DNA of 64,000 bases, from the NCBI GenBank assembly GCA_029933125.1, contig JAOZOU010000001.1, forward strand, positions 392,702 through 456,701, written 5' to 3'. The DNA comes from a bacterium (GTDB lineage Bacteria; Arandabacterota; Arandabacteria; Arandabacterales; Arandabacteraceae). The position numbers and the translations under genes were made by a program. Shown here one piece after another: positions 37,883 to 47,732 of this stretch (position 1 is the first letter of the stretch; each line of letters begins with the position of its first letter). The notes beneath the pieces were generated by a model. It saw only the letters and a list, made by a program, of their open reading frames with translations. It was not told the origin of the DNA and ran no database searches.

Positions 37883-40606
37883 TTACTTGATCAGCACGAG
37901 CTTGCGCCTTAGGGCACGGTCATCAACCTTGAGCAGGTACCAGTAGACACCTGATGCAACATTCTCCCCCCACCTGTCGCGCCCATTCCAGCTAACAGTA
38001 TGGTTCCCCGCATCCATGACTTCATCCACGAGTCTTGTCACTTCTCTCCCTCTCACATCGTAGATGCTGAGGAGAACACGAGCCCTATTCGAGAGACTAT
38101 ACTTAATGCGGGTCGCGCTCACGAATGGGTTTGGAGTATTTTGCCCAAGCCAGATACGGGGTTTGATTTCATCAGCTATGCCACTCGGATTATAGGGCTC
38201 ACCAAAGAAGTTGCGAAGGATGAACTCACAATTGCTACGCATTGCATCATGGTCATAGCGATAAGGACGCCCAGCGATGAAAACGAACTGTCCGCCGTCC
38301 GCTCGCTGAGTTCCGCCAGAGGAAGGATTGCGCCAGACACCAAGCCCACGTGGGATTGGAAACATATTATATTGCATGAACAATACAGTGCTTTCATCGC
38401 CAACAGATGCTGAATCAAAAACAGCATTATAGGTCTGGGAACCGCCCGAGCGCGGCATATCAACGAGTCCAGGATAAACGCTCGTTGCTCGGCGTGTTGT
38501 GTTCTCCTTATCCTCCGCCCACTGGATGTCAAGATAGGCTCTTAAGGCTTCGTAAATAAAGTCCTGACCCATGCGCGTAAGAAGCAAGACGTTGCCGCCC
38601 GCCTTAAGATATGAAACTATTGGAGCATTGTACCAGGCAGTTAGATCACCATTGTAGTTGTTGCCTACCCAGACAACCGATGAGAATTGCTTGAGTGTAT
38701 CGGCGGGAATGTCACCATGTCCAAGAGGTTGTGGGAGCGGTGAAGGATAGCCACCAGCAGGCTCAGCAAAGATATCCCAGAAGGATATGTCAAGTGACCC
38801 CCAGAAGATACTATCTTCATAAGCCGAAGTTATCTCAGTGCCATAAGTGTTCCAATCAACCCCATTGACAACAAGGATACCACGATCGAAGGTTGCATCC
38901 TTAAGCTCCTCAGAGACCATGCGCAGAATCCATTCATCCTTGTCAAGTTGAACATCCTGTGGTTCATCACTTACAAGAAGCGTAAATTGCTGACTCGCAA
39001 GGCTATCTTCGACAACGAGTGTGGTCTCCCCTGATGCTGTTGTAACACTTATCTGGATAGGCATATTAAAGATCTGATTCTCTTGTAGCCGGTCAATCGT
39101 CAACGATATTTCATAGCCATCTACAACTGGCTGATAATCCCAAGAAAACATGTAATGCGGGAAACCCTCCCCATATATCCACTCCTGGAAGAAGGCATCG
39201 AAATCTCTTCCAGCAACCTGCTCGCAGATATCTCTGAATTGCTCCGTGGTTGCTGAACCATACTGATATTGGCTGTTATAATAAGCATGGAGAATATCGA
39301 AGAAAGTTGAATCCCCCACAATTCCCCTCAACATATGGAGTACCCAGGATGCTTTGTTGTATGACAGATCCGGATCGAAGATACGATCCCAATCAGAAAG
39401 GTCGGGCACGTAGATTGTGCCTGGTCCGTAATACTTAGCATATTCCATTTGATTCTTATATTCGTCCCACCCGTATTCATGTTCTGCCCAGAGCGCTTCA
39501 CTGTATGTTGCAAAGCCTTCATTGAGCCAGATGTGATTGAAGGTATTGCAGGTTATCATATCTCCCCACCACTGATGCGAAAGCTCATGAAGCACAAGAT
39601 ACTCGCCCCAGCCCCAGAGGCTGGTAATCGTCTGGTGCTCCATGCCACCACCCCATGTAAACTCCGCCTGACCGTATTTTTCCTCGATGAAGGGGTACTC
39701 ACCATACAGATTGGCAAAAAGACCAATCATATCGGTTATCTTGGCATAGTTGGTTACACAATCAGGATAGTGGCTAGCGAAAACATAGTGGCGAATTTCC
39801 ATCGAATCAGTAGGTGAATAGTGATAGTAATCGGAATAGACGATGTAGGGATGAATTGCTACAGAGACAAGATAAGTAGCTATGGGATAGCCTTCGTGCC
39901 ACTTGTAGGTCTTTGTGCTTCCATTGTCGATGGTTGCTCTGAGAACCCCGTTTGAAGCATCAATAAGATTGCTAGGCACTGTGATCCAGATATCAACCGA
40001 GTCTGGCTTATCGTTGGGATAATCCTTGCAAGGCCACCACGTTCTTGCCCCAAATGGCTCACTCAGGCTCCATATCATATCCTCGCCATCGAAGGACTCG
40101 AAAGCAAAGGCACCAGCCGAAGACGATGGAGTGCCATGATAATAGACTGTAAAGGAAAAGGCCTCACCTGTTGAATAGGAGCGGTCAAGATTGACAGTGA
40201 GGATGTCGTTGGCATGGCTGAAGGTGAGATTACCGCTCGCAGATGTGATACTGTCCACAGTCATGTTGGAATAGAGGTCAACATCGACTTGAGAAAGCGG
40301 TCCAGTAGTAACCTCAGCCCTCATCTCGACCCCGCCTGAAACCGTTTGAGTTGCTGGATCTATGTTGAGATCAAGATGATAGTACTTGGCATCGTAGCAA
40401 TTCTGATTTGGCGTAGGCTCCGTTGCAAGAGCCTCCATGCGGGCAAAGAAACGTGCCTTTGCCTCCGCAACCTGGCAGGCTATGTCACCAGGGCGCTCTG
40501 GTTGTATCCACCTTGGCTGGGGTTGTGCAAGCCCAAGCACAGAGAAAGAAATCACGAAGGCAACAAGAAAGCAAAGCTTGAAGACCAAGTGAGTTTGATG
40601 TCCCAT
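37883..40606 (-). CDS. Secreted M1-family zinc aminopeptidase with a T9SS-type C-terminal sorting domain.
   Basis: The HEXXH-X18-E zinc motif is present (VLHELSHQWWGD...WLNEGFATY). It has a signal peptide (start placed at MGHQTHLVFKLCFLVAF). The C-terminus is NPFVSATRIKYSL...LLSIYDVRGREV...GVYWYLLKVDDRALRRKLVLIK. Confidence 0.85.
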   Translation of the reverse strand: MGHQTHLVFKLCFLVAFVISFSVLGLAQPQPRWIQPERPGDIACQVAEAKARFFARMEALATEPTPNQNCYDAKYYHLDLNIDPATQTVSGGVEMRAEVTTGPLSQVDVDLYSNMTVDSITSASGNLTFSHANDILTVNLDRSYSTGEAFSFTVYYHGTPSSSAGAFAFESFDGEDMIWSLSEPFGARTWWPCKDYPNDKPDSVDIWITVPSNLIDASNGVLRATIDNGSTKTYKWHEGYPIATYLVSVAIHPYIVYSDYYHYSPTDSMEIRHYVFASHYPDCVTNYAKITDMIGLFANLYGEYPFIEEKYGQAEFTWGGGMEHQTITSLWGWGEYLVLHELSHQWWGDMITCNTFNHIWLNEGFATYSEALWAEHEYGWDEYKNQMEYAKYYGPGTIYVPDLSDWDRIFDPDLSYNKASWVLHMLRGIVGDSTFFDILHAYYNSQYQYGSATTEQFRDICEQVAGRDFDAFFQEWIYGEGFPHYMFSWDYQPVVDGYEISLTIDRLQENQIFNMPIQISVTTASGETTLVVEDSLASQQFTLLVSDEPQDVQLDKDEWILRMVSEELKDATFDRGILVVNGVDWNTYGTEITSAYEDSIFWGSLDISFWDIFAEPAGGYPSPLPQPLGHGDIPADTLKQFSSVVWVGNNYNGDLTAWYNAPIVSYLKAGGNVLLLTRMGQDFIYEALRAYLDIQWAEDKENTTRRATSVYPGLVDMPRSGGSQTYNAVFDSASVGDESTVLFMQYNMFPIPRGLGVWRNPSSGGTQRADGGQFVFIAGRPYRYDHDAMRSNCEFILRNFFGEPYNPSGIADEIKPRIWLGQNTPNPFVSATRIKYSLSNRARVLLSIYDVRGREVTRLVDEVMDAGNHTVSWNGRDRWGENVASGVYWYLLKVDDRALRRKLVLIK

Positions 40607-40836
40607 GGCATACTCCTTCCTGTTTAGAAACTGCGAGCGTTGCACAAATGGCTTAGCCAGATAATTCTCACACATCAAACTGCAACAGTTCAATTATACC
40701 ACAACCAGGCACTTTTGCATAGACGCATAGGTGCGCATTACCCCAGGTTGGGGTTGGAATTGTATCGAGCAAGAAAAGGGGATATCGGAGGCGCCCGTCC
40801 TGTTCGTTGGCTGATGATTGAGCCTATTGCGAGAAG

Positions 40837-42408
40837 CTACTTGACAACACCGATCTTAACCACCAAACTTCTCTGGCGTGTCTTTATCTGGCAGAAGTAG
40901 ATTCCCGAGCTAATGCGAGAACTTCCACCCTCTAAAGTGCTTAGATCAAGCAGGAGAGCATTGCTCATCCCATCCTGAATGGGTCTAAGTGAGCATATGA
41001 ATCTACCCATGATATCATAGAGCCTTGCAGACCTCACGGATTGCGCGGACAAAGTTTCAGGGAGCTCGAGAACCATACCTCTGTCACTCAGGCGCTTACA
41101 AGAAAGTGTACGCGGTAGGTAATCGGATGATGCCTTCCAGCCGTGGACTTCCAAGCCGTTATCTTGCCGAGAAGCGAGACTTTCGCCAGCCAGATCGCGT
41201 GGCCTAATCCTTGAACGGCAAGCAGGATTGGTAAGCACCTCATCAATATTAGCTACCTTGAGCCTCTTCCCTACAGCGTAGTCGATAATGTCAGATAGCA
41301 TGCTTGTCTCGATACACCACAATCCGTAGCAGGTATCGGCAACAACATGATTGTTGAGGATATACCACAAGCCATCGTCGGCGGCAGCATCGATATATTG
41401 CCGATAATGATTGAGAAGCCAGTAATCCTGGCTGCAATAAGACTTGAGGAAACATCGATTCATTAGGATCGGAAAGCGATTTAATGCATCATCCCCAAGC
41501 CTGCATGACTCGTAATAGTGGCGTACACTATCAATAACTGTATCGTTGTATGCAGAATAGGGAACGGCAAAGTGCTTAACAGGAAATCCCATCTTCTCCA
41601 GTATTTCCTTGGATAGCGTGAGCTCCTTCATCAAACTGTCACCGCTTATCTCAGTGAGTCTTGGATGCGTCATACTGTGACTGCCGATATCCCACCCGGC
41701 TGCCTGGAGTGCATGCAGTTCATTCCAAGTCAAATATCCGGGCTTTTCAAGCCACGTTGGGACAACATAGGCAGTTGCTGTCACATTCTTGCTTTCAAGA
41801 AGCGGCAGAGCGTATTCATAGAGGCTGCTTGAGCCATCATCGAAGGTGAGGGTGAGCACCCCAGTGTATCCTGAAACCGCCACTCTTCGCGTTAGTGTCC
41901 TGCCATCGCCCAGGTGAATAGTCACACGGACAGCATAGTCAATGGGTTGAGTGAAGGTGTGGGTGACCTTAATGCCCGTCGCATCAACGATACCATCATT
42001 TTCAAAATCCCATAGGATCTCGCTTTCGCCCTCAGGATCAAGGATCACTTCAAAATCAACAGCGAAGGGAACTACACCCCAATTGGTAGAAGCTTTAATT
42101 TTGACCTGTGATGTGGGCTCTGTGCAACCCGTCGGCTCAACGGGAGCTGCTGCTTGAGTGTCCGAATAAAGGGGTACCGCGAGAAGCATGGTAATACCTA
42201 AAGCAGCTGCTATGGAAAGTACAAAGGCCCACCCGCTTACGTTTCCCCCAGCTTTAACAAAAGATAGGTCAGGTGGGGTGCCATGATCCTGGTCTGGCCT
42301 TGCCTGTTTAGGCCCCTTGTTACAAAGGTGGGCAGGGATGGCTGTTAAGGCTTTTCTCAGGGGATTCGAGACCTCGGAAAATGGGGCATTGCTCTCCATG
42401 ACACGCAT
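40837..42408 (-). CDS. Secreted polysaccharide deacetylase (NodB/CE4 domain) with a PKD-like domain and a T9SS-type C-terminal sorting domain.
   Basis: The NodB motifs LTLTFDDGSSS and WDIGSHSMTHPRL are present. A PKD-like segment (ILWDFENDGIVDATG) precedes them. The C-terminus is LYDIMGRFICSL...SGIYFCQIKTRQRSLVVKIGVVK. The start codon is uncertain. Confidence 0.75.
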   Translation of the reverse strand: MRVMESNAPFSEVSNPLRKALTAIPAHLCNKGPKQARPDQDHGTPPDLSFVKAGGNVSGWAFVLSIAAALGITMLLAVPLYSDTQAAAPVEPTGCTEPTSQVKIKASTNWGVVPFAVDFEVILDPEGESEILWDFENDGIVDATGIKVTHTFTQPIDYAVRVTIHLGDGRTLTRRVAVSGYTGVLTLTFDDGSSSLYEYALPLLESKNVTATAYVVPTWLEKPGYLTWNELHALQAAGWDIGSHSMTHPRLTEISGDSLMKELTLSKEILEKMGFPVKHFAVPYSAYNDTVIDSVRHYYESCRLGDDALNRFPILMNRCFLKSYCSQDYWLLNHYRQYIDAAADDGLWYILNNHVVADTCYGLWCIETSMLSDIIDYAVGKRLKVANIDEVLTNPACRSRIRPRDLAGESLASRQDNGLEVHGWKASSDYLPRTLSCKRLSDRGMVLELPETLSAQSVRSARLYDIMGRFICSLRPIQDGMSNALLLDLSTLEGGSSRISSGIYFCQIKTRQRSLVVKIGVVK

Positions 42409-42573
42409 TCTCCCTTCCCTGGTAGAATGTAAGTGGATCCCATTGGCTCAAAGCCATGGTGATGTCATCTTTTTTCACCATGTCCCGCACCGAGCTTCAT
42501 TCCGACTTCTACTACCCTCCTTTAATCAAATTATCACATCCTTGTCAAGTAGCGAAAGTCAAAGCGGGTTGCA

Positions 42574-42602
42574 TTGAAATGCAGGCGCATTTATGGTAAA
42601 AT
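42574..42602 (+). promoter_or_regulatory. Predicted sigma-70 promoter for the C25 peptidase gene.
   Basis: TTGAAA (-35), a 17-nt spacer and TAAAAT (-10) are followed by a GGGAGG ribosome-binding site before the ATG at 42678. Confidence 0.45.
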
Positions 42603-42677
42603 GGCAAAAATAGATAGCGAGGTCAGATCTGATTCGTATCCTCGCCCCGCATAGACCACCGAGCTGGGAGGATAGCT

Positions 42678-45600
42678 ATGCGTAAGTCATCCCCGATCTT
42701 TTTGTTACTCAGCCTCTTTGCAGTCACTTCAGTAGCAGGTCCCCCTTCCCCAAAGTGGGTAGGGTTAGGAGGTAAGCCCTATCAGGCACAACCCCAAGTT
42801 GAAGTCAGCACTCAATTCTCTGAAGAAATTGTCATCCAGGTCAACATGGCAGGCTTCATTGCAGACCGCGTTGAGTCAAAAGTCGGTTGGTTTGCATCGA
42901 TTGAGATACCCGGCTGTGGCCAGACCAATGCGATTGGCAAAGCCAGACTTCCAGTTCTAAGGCGTGCCATTGAGATACCTCAGGGAGCAGCTCCTAATGT
43001 CGAGGTCATAGAATACACTACCACCACATACGCACTCGCCGATCTCAACCTTCCGCCAAGGATCTACCCAGTTCAACCCCCGATTGAGAAGATTCCAGGA
43101 GCCAGGCAAAGAGCTCCGTTTAAGATGTCCGAATCTTTTTATGCCTCCTCCAAGCCCTATCCTTCCTACAAGGCATGCATTGTTGAGATTGGGCAGATGC
43201 GTGGGCACAGATTTGCTGTTCTCGAGATCCCTGCAGCTATTTACATCCCAGCCTCAGGTACTTTGGAGATTGTGACAAACATAGGTTTGAGAGTCACCGT
43301 TAAAGGAGCGGATGAAGCAGCCACACGAGCAACAATTGATCGTTACGCTTCACCCTATTTTGAAGCCATTGCCTCAAAAGCACTTCTTAACTACAAGCAT
43401 CCGACAATTAAGGCCATCCCTCAAGCGCCTGTCGGCTTTCTTGTCATCACTTCACCAGACTACTACACAGAAATTCTCCCACTTGCTGAGTGGAAGAGCC
43501 AGCGAGGCTATTACACCACTGTCACTCAAACACCAGACATACCAGGCGGCGCAACTACGACAGCGATCAAGTCCTACATTCAAGATGCCTATGAGAATTG
43601 GGATGTCCCGCCAACCTTCGTGCTCCTGGTTGGAGATGTCGATGCCATTCCCAACTGGACAGGAACCGAGATTGACAATCCTCCAACCGATCTGTATTAC
43701 ACCACCATGACTGAACCCGACTACATCCCCGACATTGCAATTGGACGTATCTCAGTATCAAGTGCTACCGAAGCACAGGCTGCGGTCGGAAAGATCCTCA
43801 ACTATGAGAAGCGCCTTTTTAGCCACACCTCATGGCTTAAAAAAGCGGTCTTCATGGCCTCTGAAGACAACTGGGACATAACAGAGGGCACCCACAACTA
43901 TGTCATATCCACCTATATGGATCCTGCAGGTTTCACATCTCTGAAGCTATATTGCCACACCTACAATGCTACAACCCAGGATGTCAGCGATGCTTTCAAT
44001 GAGGGAACAGGCCTTGGAATCTACTCAGGTCATGGTGCAACGACCTACTGGGCGGATGGACCTCAATTCATGCAAAGTAACGTTGCTGCCCTAACTAATC
44101 TCGATATGTATCCCTTCGTTCAGAGCTATGCTTGCCTCACAGGGAGATATACCGAAGCCGAATGCTTCGCCGAAACATGGATCAGGCAGGCTGACAAAGC
44201 TGCAGTTGGCTTCTGGGCATCATCGGTGACCTCCTACTGGGATGAGGATGACGTACTTGAGAAGGGTGTTTTCAAGGCACTCTTCGAAGATAGCCTTACC
44301 TGGATTGGCGGGATGATAGACCAGGGCAAGTGGCATCTTTATGAATATTATGGAGGTGCTGGCTCAACCAGGCGCTATTATGAGATGTATAATCTCCTTG
44401 GGGATCCATCAGTTGATATTTGGACAGATGAGCCCCACACTATGGATGTTGCCTATGCAACAGCCATCCCGGTTGGTGCGACGAGTTACGAAGTCCATGC
44501 GAGCGAGAATTCAACCCCTCTTCCAGATGCAATGGCTTCGCTTTTCTGGCCAGGTACACTCTTCGGCAGTGGCTATACGAATTCGAGCGGTGATGCAATG
44601 CTCGACCTCAATCCAAGCCCGAATGAGCCAGGTGAGATGATTCTCACCCTGACACACCACAACTTCACTCCTTTTAGTGATACGCTTCAAGTTGTTGTCC
44701 CTGCTACTGTCGTGATAGATCCGGATACGATTGAAGTTGGGGTCACAACAGCAGTTAGTGTGGCTGTGCTTGATACGCTTTCTGCTCCAGTGGAAAGCGT
44801 CGAAGTGACAATTGATGGTTGGGGAATTGAACCGCCTCTGCATGATACTACAGATGCTTCAGGCCAGGCCTACTTCAGCATTAGCGCCCCATACGGCGAG
44901 GCTCTCTCGGTCAAGGGAAGCAAACTCAATCAATCCTATGATCTCTTCAATGATTCGCTATATGTTGTCGGAGCAATTGCCCTACCCAACCCTGCGATTG
45001 AAGCTCGTGTTGATGCCGTTGGTCTTGTCGGCGCTCTCACACCCGATTTTGAGGGAACGATCGTGGGTAGAAGCGACCACGCAGGCCTCGACATCTTTGC
45101 CAGAGGCTGTGGCATTGACACTTCAGCTTCTTCATCCTCAGACTCAGTCATAGTCGCTGCCACGCCAGATTGTGTCGGTCAAGTCAAGGTTGCTTTAGCT
45201 TCTCCAGGCTATGAGGTCTATGAAGATGAGATCAGCGTGATCATTGCCTACGGAACACTTGCAGGCACAGTACTGGACTCAACCACAGCTCAACCCATCG
45301 AAGGTGCCTTGCTGAGGGCTTATCCATCTGGCTCAGATACCTCGAGTACTCCATCATCCTTTGAAACGTTAAGTCAGGCTGATGGATCATATGCCTCGAG
45401 CGATAGTCTTCGCGTCGGCGCATATCAAGTCTATTCAACCAAGTTCGGCTATCTTGCTTCTGCTGGCTCAACCATGATCCGGGTGGGTGCAAACACCTAT
45501 GACATCCTCATGATTCCAGCCCCTGCTGGGATTGTCACCGGTACAGTGACTGAGGAAGGCACAGGTAAACCCCTGAGTGCTACACTTGAGATATATCGGA

Positions 45601-47459
45601 GTGATGACATGTCGCTTTACTCCGAGGCAACCTCGGATTCGCTTTCGGGTGGAAGTTACACAACTGAGCCCCTCCCTTACTTCACGTATGTGTTCACAGT
45701 AAAAGCAACGCACTACATAACAAAGAGCATCAATGTGACTGTTGCTGAAAGCACCCAAACAGTCAACTTTGAGCTTACACCCACTGAGGGCAATCTGCTT
45801 GTAATCGATGATGACACAGGGGATTTGCTTGCCGAGGTGAAGGTGGGTGAGAAAGGTGAAACCTTATCAAGCCTCACAAGGGCACTTGACTACGAGGCTA
45901 AATCCTCGGCTAGTCTCATCGCTGAGGATCTCGCCTCGCTTGGCTATGATGTGACAACTCAGAGTTCAGCGGCAACCGATCCAGCTACCTGGCAAGACTA
46001 CGACCTTATCATCTGGAGCTCAGGTGATGATACTTCCCCTGTTTCTGTTTCATCTTACCGTAGCAATCTCAACTCCTATGTTGCATCGGGGGGCAAACTT
46101 CTCATCGAGGGCGGTGAGATTGGCTATGATGCTGCTTCAAGCCCTGGTTATCCAAATCTCGCCGATACCACCCTCCATATTGTGGAGTGGCAGCATGATT
46201 CATCCGGAGATCTTTCACTCGCCATGCCAAATCATCCAGTCGCTACAACTCCGAACATTCTACCTTCTACCATAACGATGAGCTATGTTGGATACGGTGA
46301 TGAGGATGCTTTGACGGGTGATGCACAAACCCAGGCCATCTTTGAATGGAGTTCCTATCCTGGACTCGCTGGTGTGTTCGCATATGACAATAACCCTGAT
46401 ACCACAAGCTGCCAGATAATCTTCTTCTCCTTCGACTACTCAAATGCGGCTGATTCAACTTCTCGAGTCAATCTACTTGAAAACGCCGTTTCCTATCTTC
46501 TGAGACCCGAGCCCGGCGCTGAGGGTTCAATCAGTGGCATCGTTGAACTCTATGGCGAGACAAACTATGAGGGCACGATCGTCAGGCTTAGCCCTATGGG
46601 ACTTGCCGACACTACGGATGCAGCTGGTAACTATTACATCTCAGGTCTCTTTGATGGTGCATACAAGGTTACCGCAACAAAGCAAGGTTTTGCTGATTCG
46701 AGCCGAACAGTTGTGATTTCGGGTGGATCACACGTCGGCGATGTCAATTTCACTCTTTACCCAGTAATAGAGTACATGGACAGTCCAGAGATCGCCATAC
46801 CCGATAATGATCCAGCTGGCATAAGGGCTTACATCAATGTCGATGCCGACCAGCCAATTGCTTCCGTCGATTGTTATGTCAACATCTCCCACACTTATGT
46901 TGGTGATCTCATAGTTGAGCTCACATCGCCGGAAGGATCGACTGTCAGGCTTCACAATCGAACAGGTGGATCAAGTAATGACATAGTAACCTGGTACGAT
47001 ACGGATACTGAGCCTGATGGTCCTGGAACAATGTCTGACTTTACAGGTGAGATTGCAGCAGGCCAATGGGAGCTCTGGGTAAGCGATCAAGCTGGTGCAG
47101 ATACTGGAACGCTCCATACCTGGGGACTTCATCTAAGCTTCCCTTGGACAAGTGCAGGGCTAAGTCAAGGCACAGAAATTTACGTTACCCGTCTTATAGG
47201 TATAAGCCCCTTGCCGTTATCAAGCTGCGCCAGCTTCACTTTTTCCCTTGCAAAGGCTGAGCAGGTGGATATAGCAATTTACAATGTTTGTGGGCAGCGC
47301 CTTGCAGAGATCACTTCTGCAAAGTACGAACCTGGGCTTCATTCGCTCATCTGGAGAATAGAGAATCAAGAAAGACAGAGTTTAGCAAGCGGTATTTACT
47401 TCTGTCGTTTCAAGGCGGGTGAGTATCAAACTACAAGGCGCATCGTCATAATACGGTAA
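42678..47459 (+). CDS. Giant secreted gingipain-like cysteine peptidase (family C25) with CarboxypepD_reg-like repeats, a proprotein-convertase P-domain and a T9SS-type C-terminal domain.
   Basis: It has a signal peptide and a propeptide. The C25 catalytic region is FLVITSPDYY...LLVGDVDAIPNWTG, with His in YSGHGATTYW and Cys in SYACLTGRYTE. Three GT(V/I)xD-type beta-sandwich repeats follow. A P-domain-like segment reads VNISHTYVGDLIVELTSPEGSTVRLHNRTGG. The C-terminus is SGIYFCRFKAGEYQTTRRIVIIR. Confidence 0.85.
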   Translation: MRKSSPIFLLLSLFAVTSVAGPPSPKWVGLGGKPYQAQPQVEVSTQFSEEIVIQVNMAGFIADRVESKVGWFASIEIPGCGQTNAIGKARLPVLRRAIEIPQGAAPNVEVIEYTTTTYALADLNLPPRIYPVQPPIEKIPGARQRAPFKMSESFYASSKPYPSYKACIVEIGQMRGHRFAVLEIPAAIYIPASGTLEIVTNIGLRVTVKGADEAATRATIDRYASPYFEAIASKALLNYKHPTIKAIPQAPVGFLVITSPDYYTEILPLAEWKSQRGYYTTVTQTPDIPGGATTTAIKSYIQDAYENWDVPPTFVLLVGDVDAIPNWTGTEIDNPPTDLYYTTMTEPDYIPDIAIGRISVSSATEAQAAVGKILNYEKRLFSHTSWLKKAVFMASEDNWDITEGTHNYVISTYMDPAGFTSLKLYCHTYNATTQDVSDAFNEGTGLGIYSGHGATTYWADGPQFMQSNVAALTNLDMYPFVQSYACLTGRYTEAECFAETWIRQADKAAVGFWASSVTSYWDEDDVLEKGVFKALFEDSLTWIGGMIDQGKWHLYEYYGGAGSTRRYYEMYNLLGDPSVDIWTDEPHTMDVAYATAIPVGATSYEVHASENSTPLPDAMASLFWPGTLFGSGYTNSSGDAMLDLNPSPNEPGEMILTLTHHNFTPFSDTLQVVVPATVVIDPDTIEVGVTTAVSVAVLDTLSAPVESVEVTIDGWGIEPPLHDTTDASGQAYFSISAPYGEALSVKGSKLNQSYDLFNDSLYVVGAIALPNPAIEARVDAVGLVGALTPDFEGTIVGRSDHAGLDIFARGCGIDTSASSSSDSVIVAATPDCVGQVKVALASPGYEVYEDEISVIIAYGTLAGTVLDSTTAQPIEGALLRAYPSGSDTSSTPSSFETLSQADGSYASSDSLRVGAYQVYSTKFGYLASAGSTMIRVGANTYDILMIPAPAGIVTGTVTEEGTGKPLSATLEIYRSDDMSLYSEATSDSLSGGSYTTEPLPYFTYVFTVKATHYITKSINVTVAESTQTVNFELTPTEGNLLVIDDDTGDLLAEVKVGEKGETLSSLTRALDYEAKSSASLIAEDLASLGYDVTTQSSAATDPATWQDYDLIIWSSGDDTSPVSVSSYRSNLNSYVASGGKLLIEGGEIGYDAASSPGYPNLADTTLHIVEWQHDSSGDLSLAMPNHPVATTPNILPSTITMSYVGYGDEDALTGDAQTQAIFEWSSYPGLAGVFAYDNNPDTTSCQIIFFSFDYSNAADSTSRVNLLENAVSYLLRPEPGAEGSISGIVELYGETNYEGTIVRLSPMGLADTTDAAGNYYISGLFDGAYKVTATKQGFADSSRTVVISGGSHVGDVNFTLYPVIEYMDSPEIAIPDNDPAGIRAYINVDADQPIASVDCYVNISHTYVGDLIVELTSPEGSTVRLHNRTGGSSNDIVTWYDTDTEPDGPGTMSDFTGEIAAGQWELWVSDQAGADTGTLHTWGLHLSFPWTSAGLSQGTEIYVTRLIGISPLPLSSCASFTFSLAKAEQVDIAIYNVCGQRLAEITSAKYEPGLHSLIWRIENQERQSLASGIYFCRFKAGEYQTTRRIVIIR

Positions 47460-47732
47460 GCGAATAACATTGCAGCCGTCGTGTTATTCTGCACTACAAT
47501 GGCAGGACGTTGCTTACCCTGAGCTGAGACTCTTACCCTGATTGGTGATGGGGAAATCTGAAAAATAGTTGCTGCCGTTGCGTGACCATTTTTGTCTTGC
47601 TATCGACCTCTGTCAAAATGGCAACAACCGCAGCATCGGCACCCCTCGCCTACCCCATCACACTCACTAGCGCCCAAATCTTAGCCAGTCGGTAATCCGA
47701 TCTCAAGCCAATCAGTCTGCCTGGCCCCAGGA

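Noticed and set aside
47495-47515. I considered a sigma-54-like sequence TGGCAGGACGTTGCTT upstream of the GspE-like ATPase.
   Set aside because: Its spacing is GG-N9-GC rather than the strict N10, so it is probably not a functional -24/-12 promoter.
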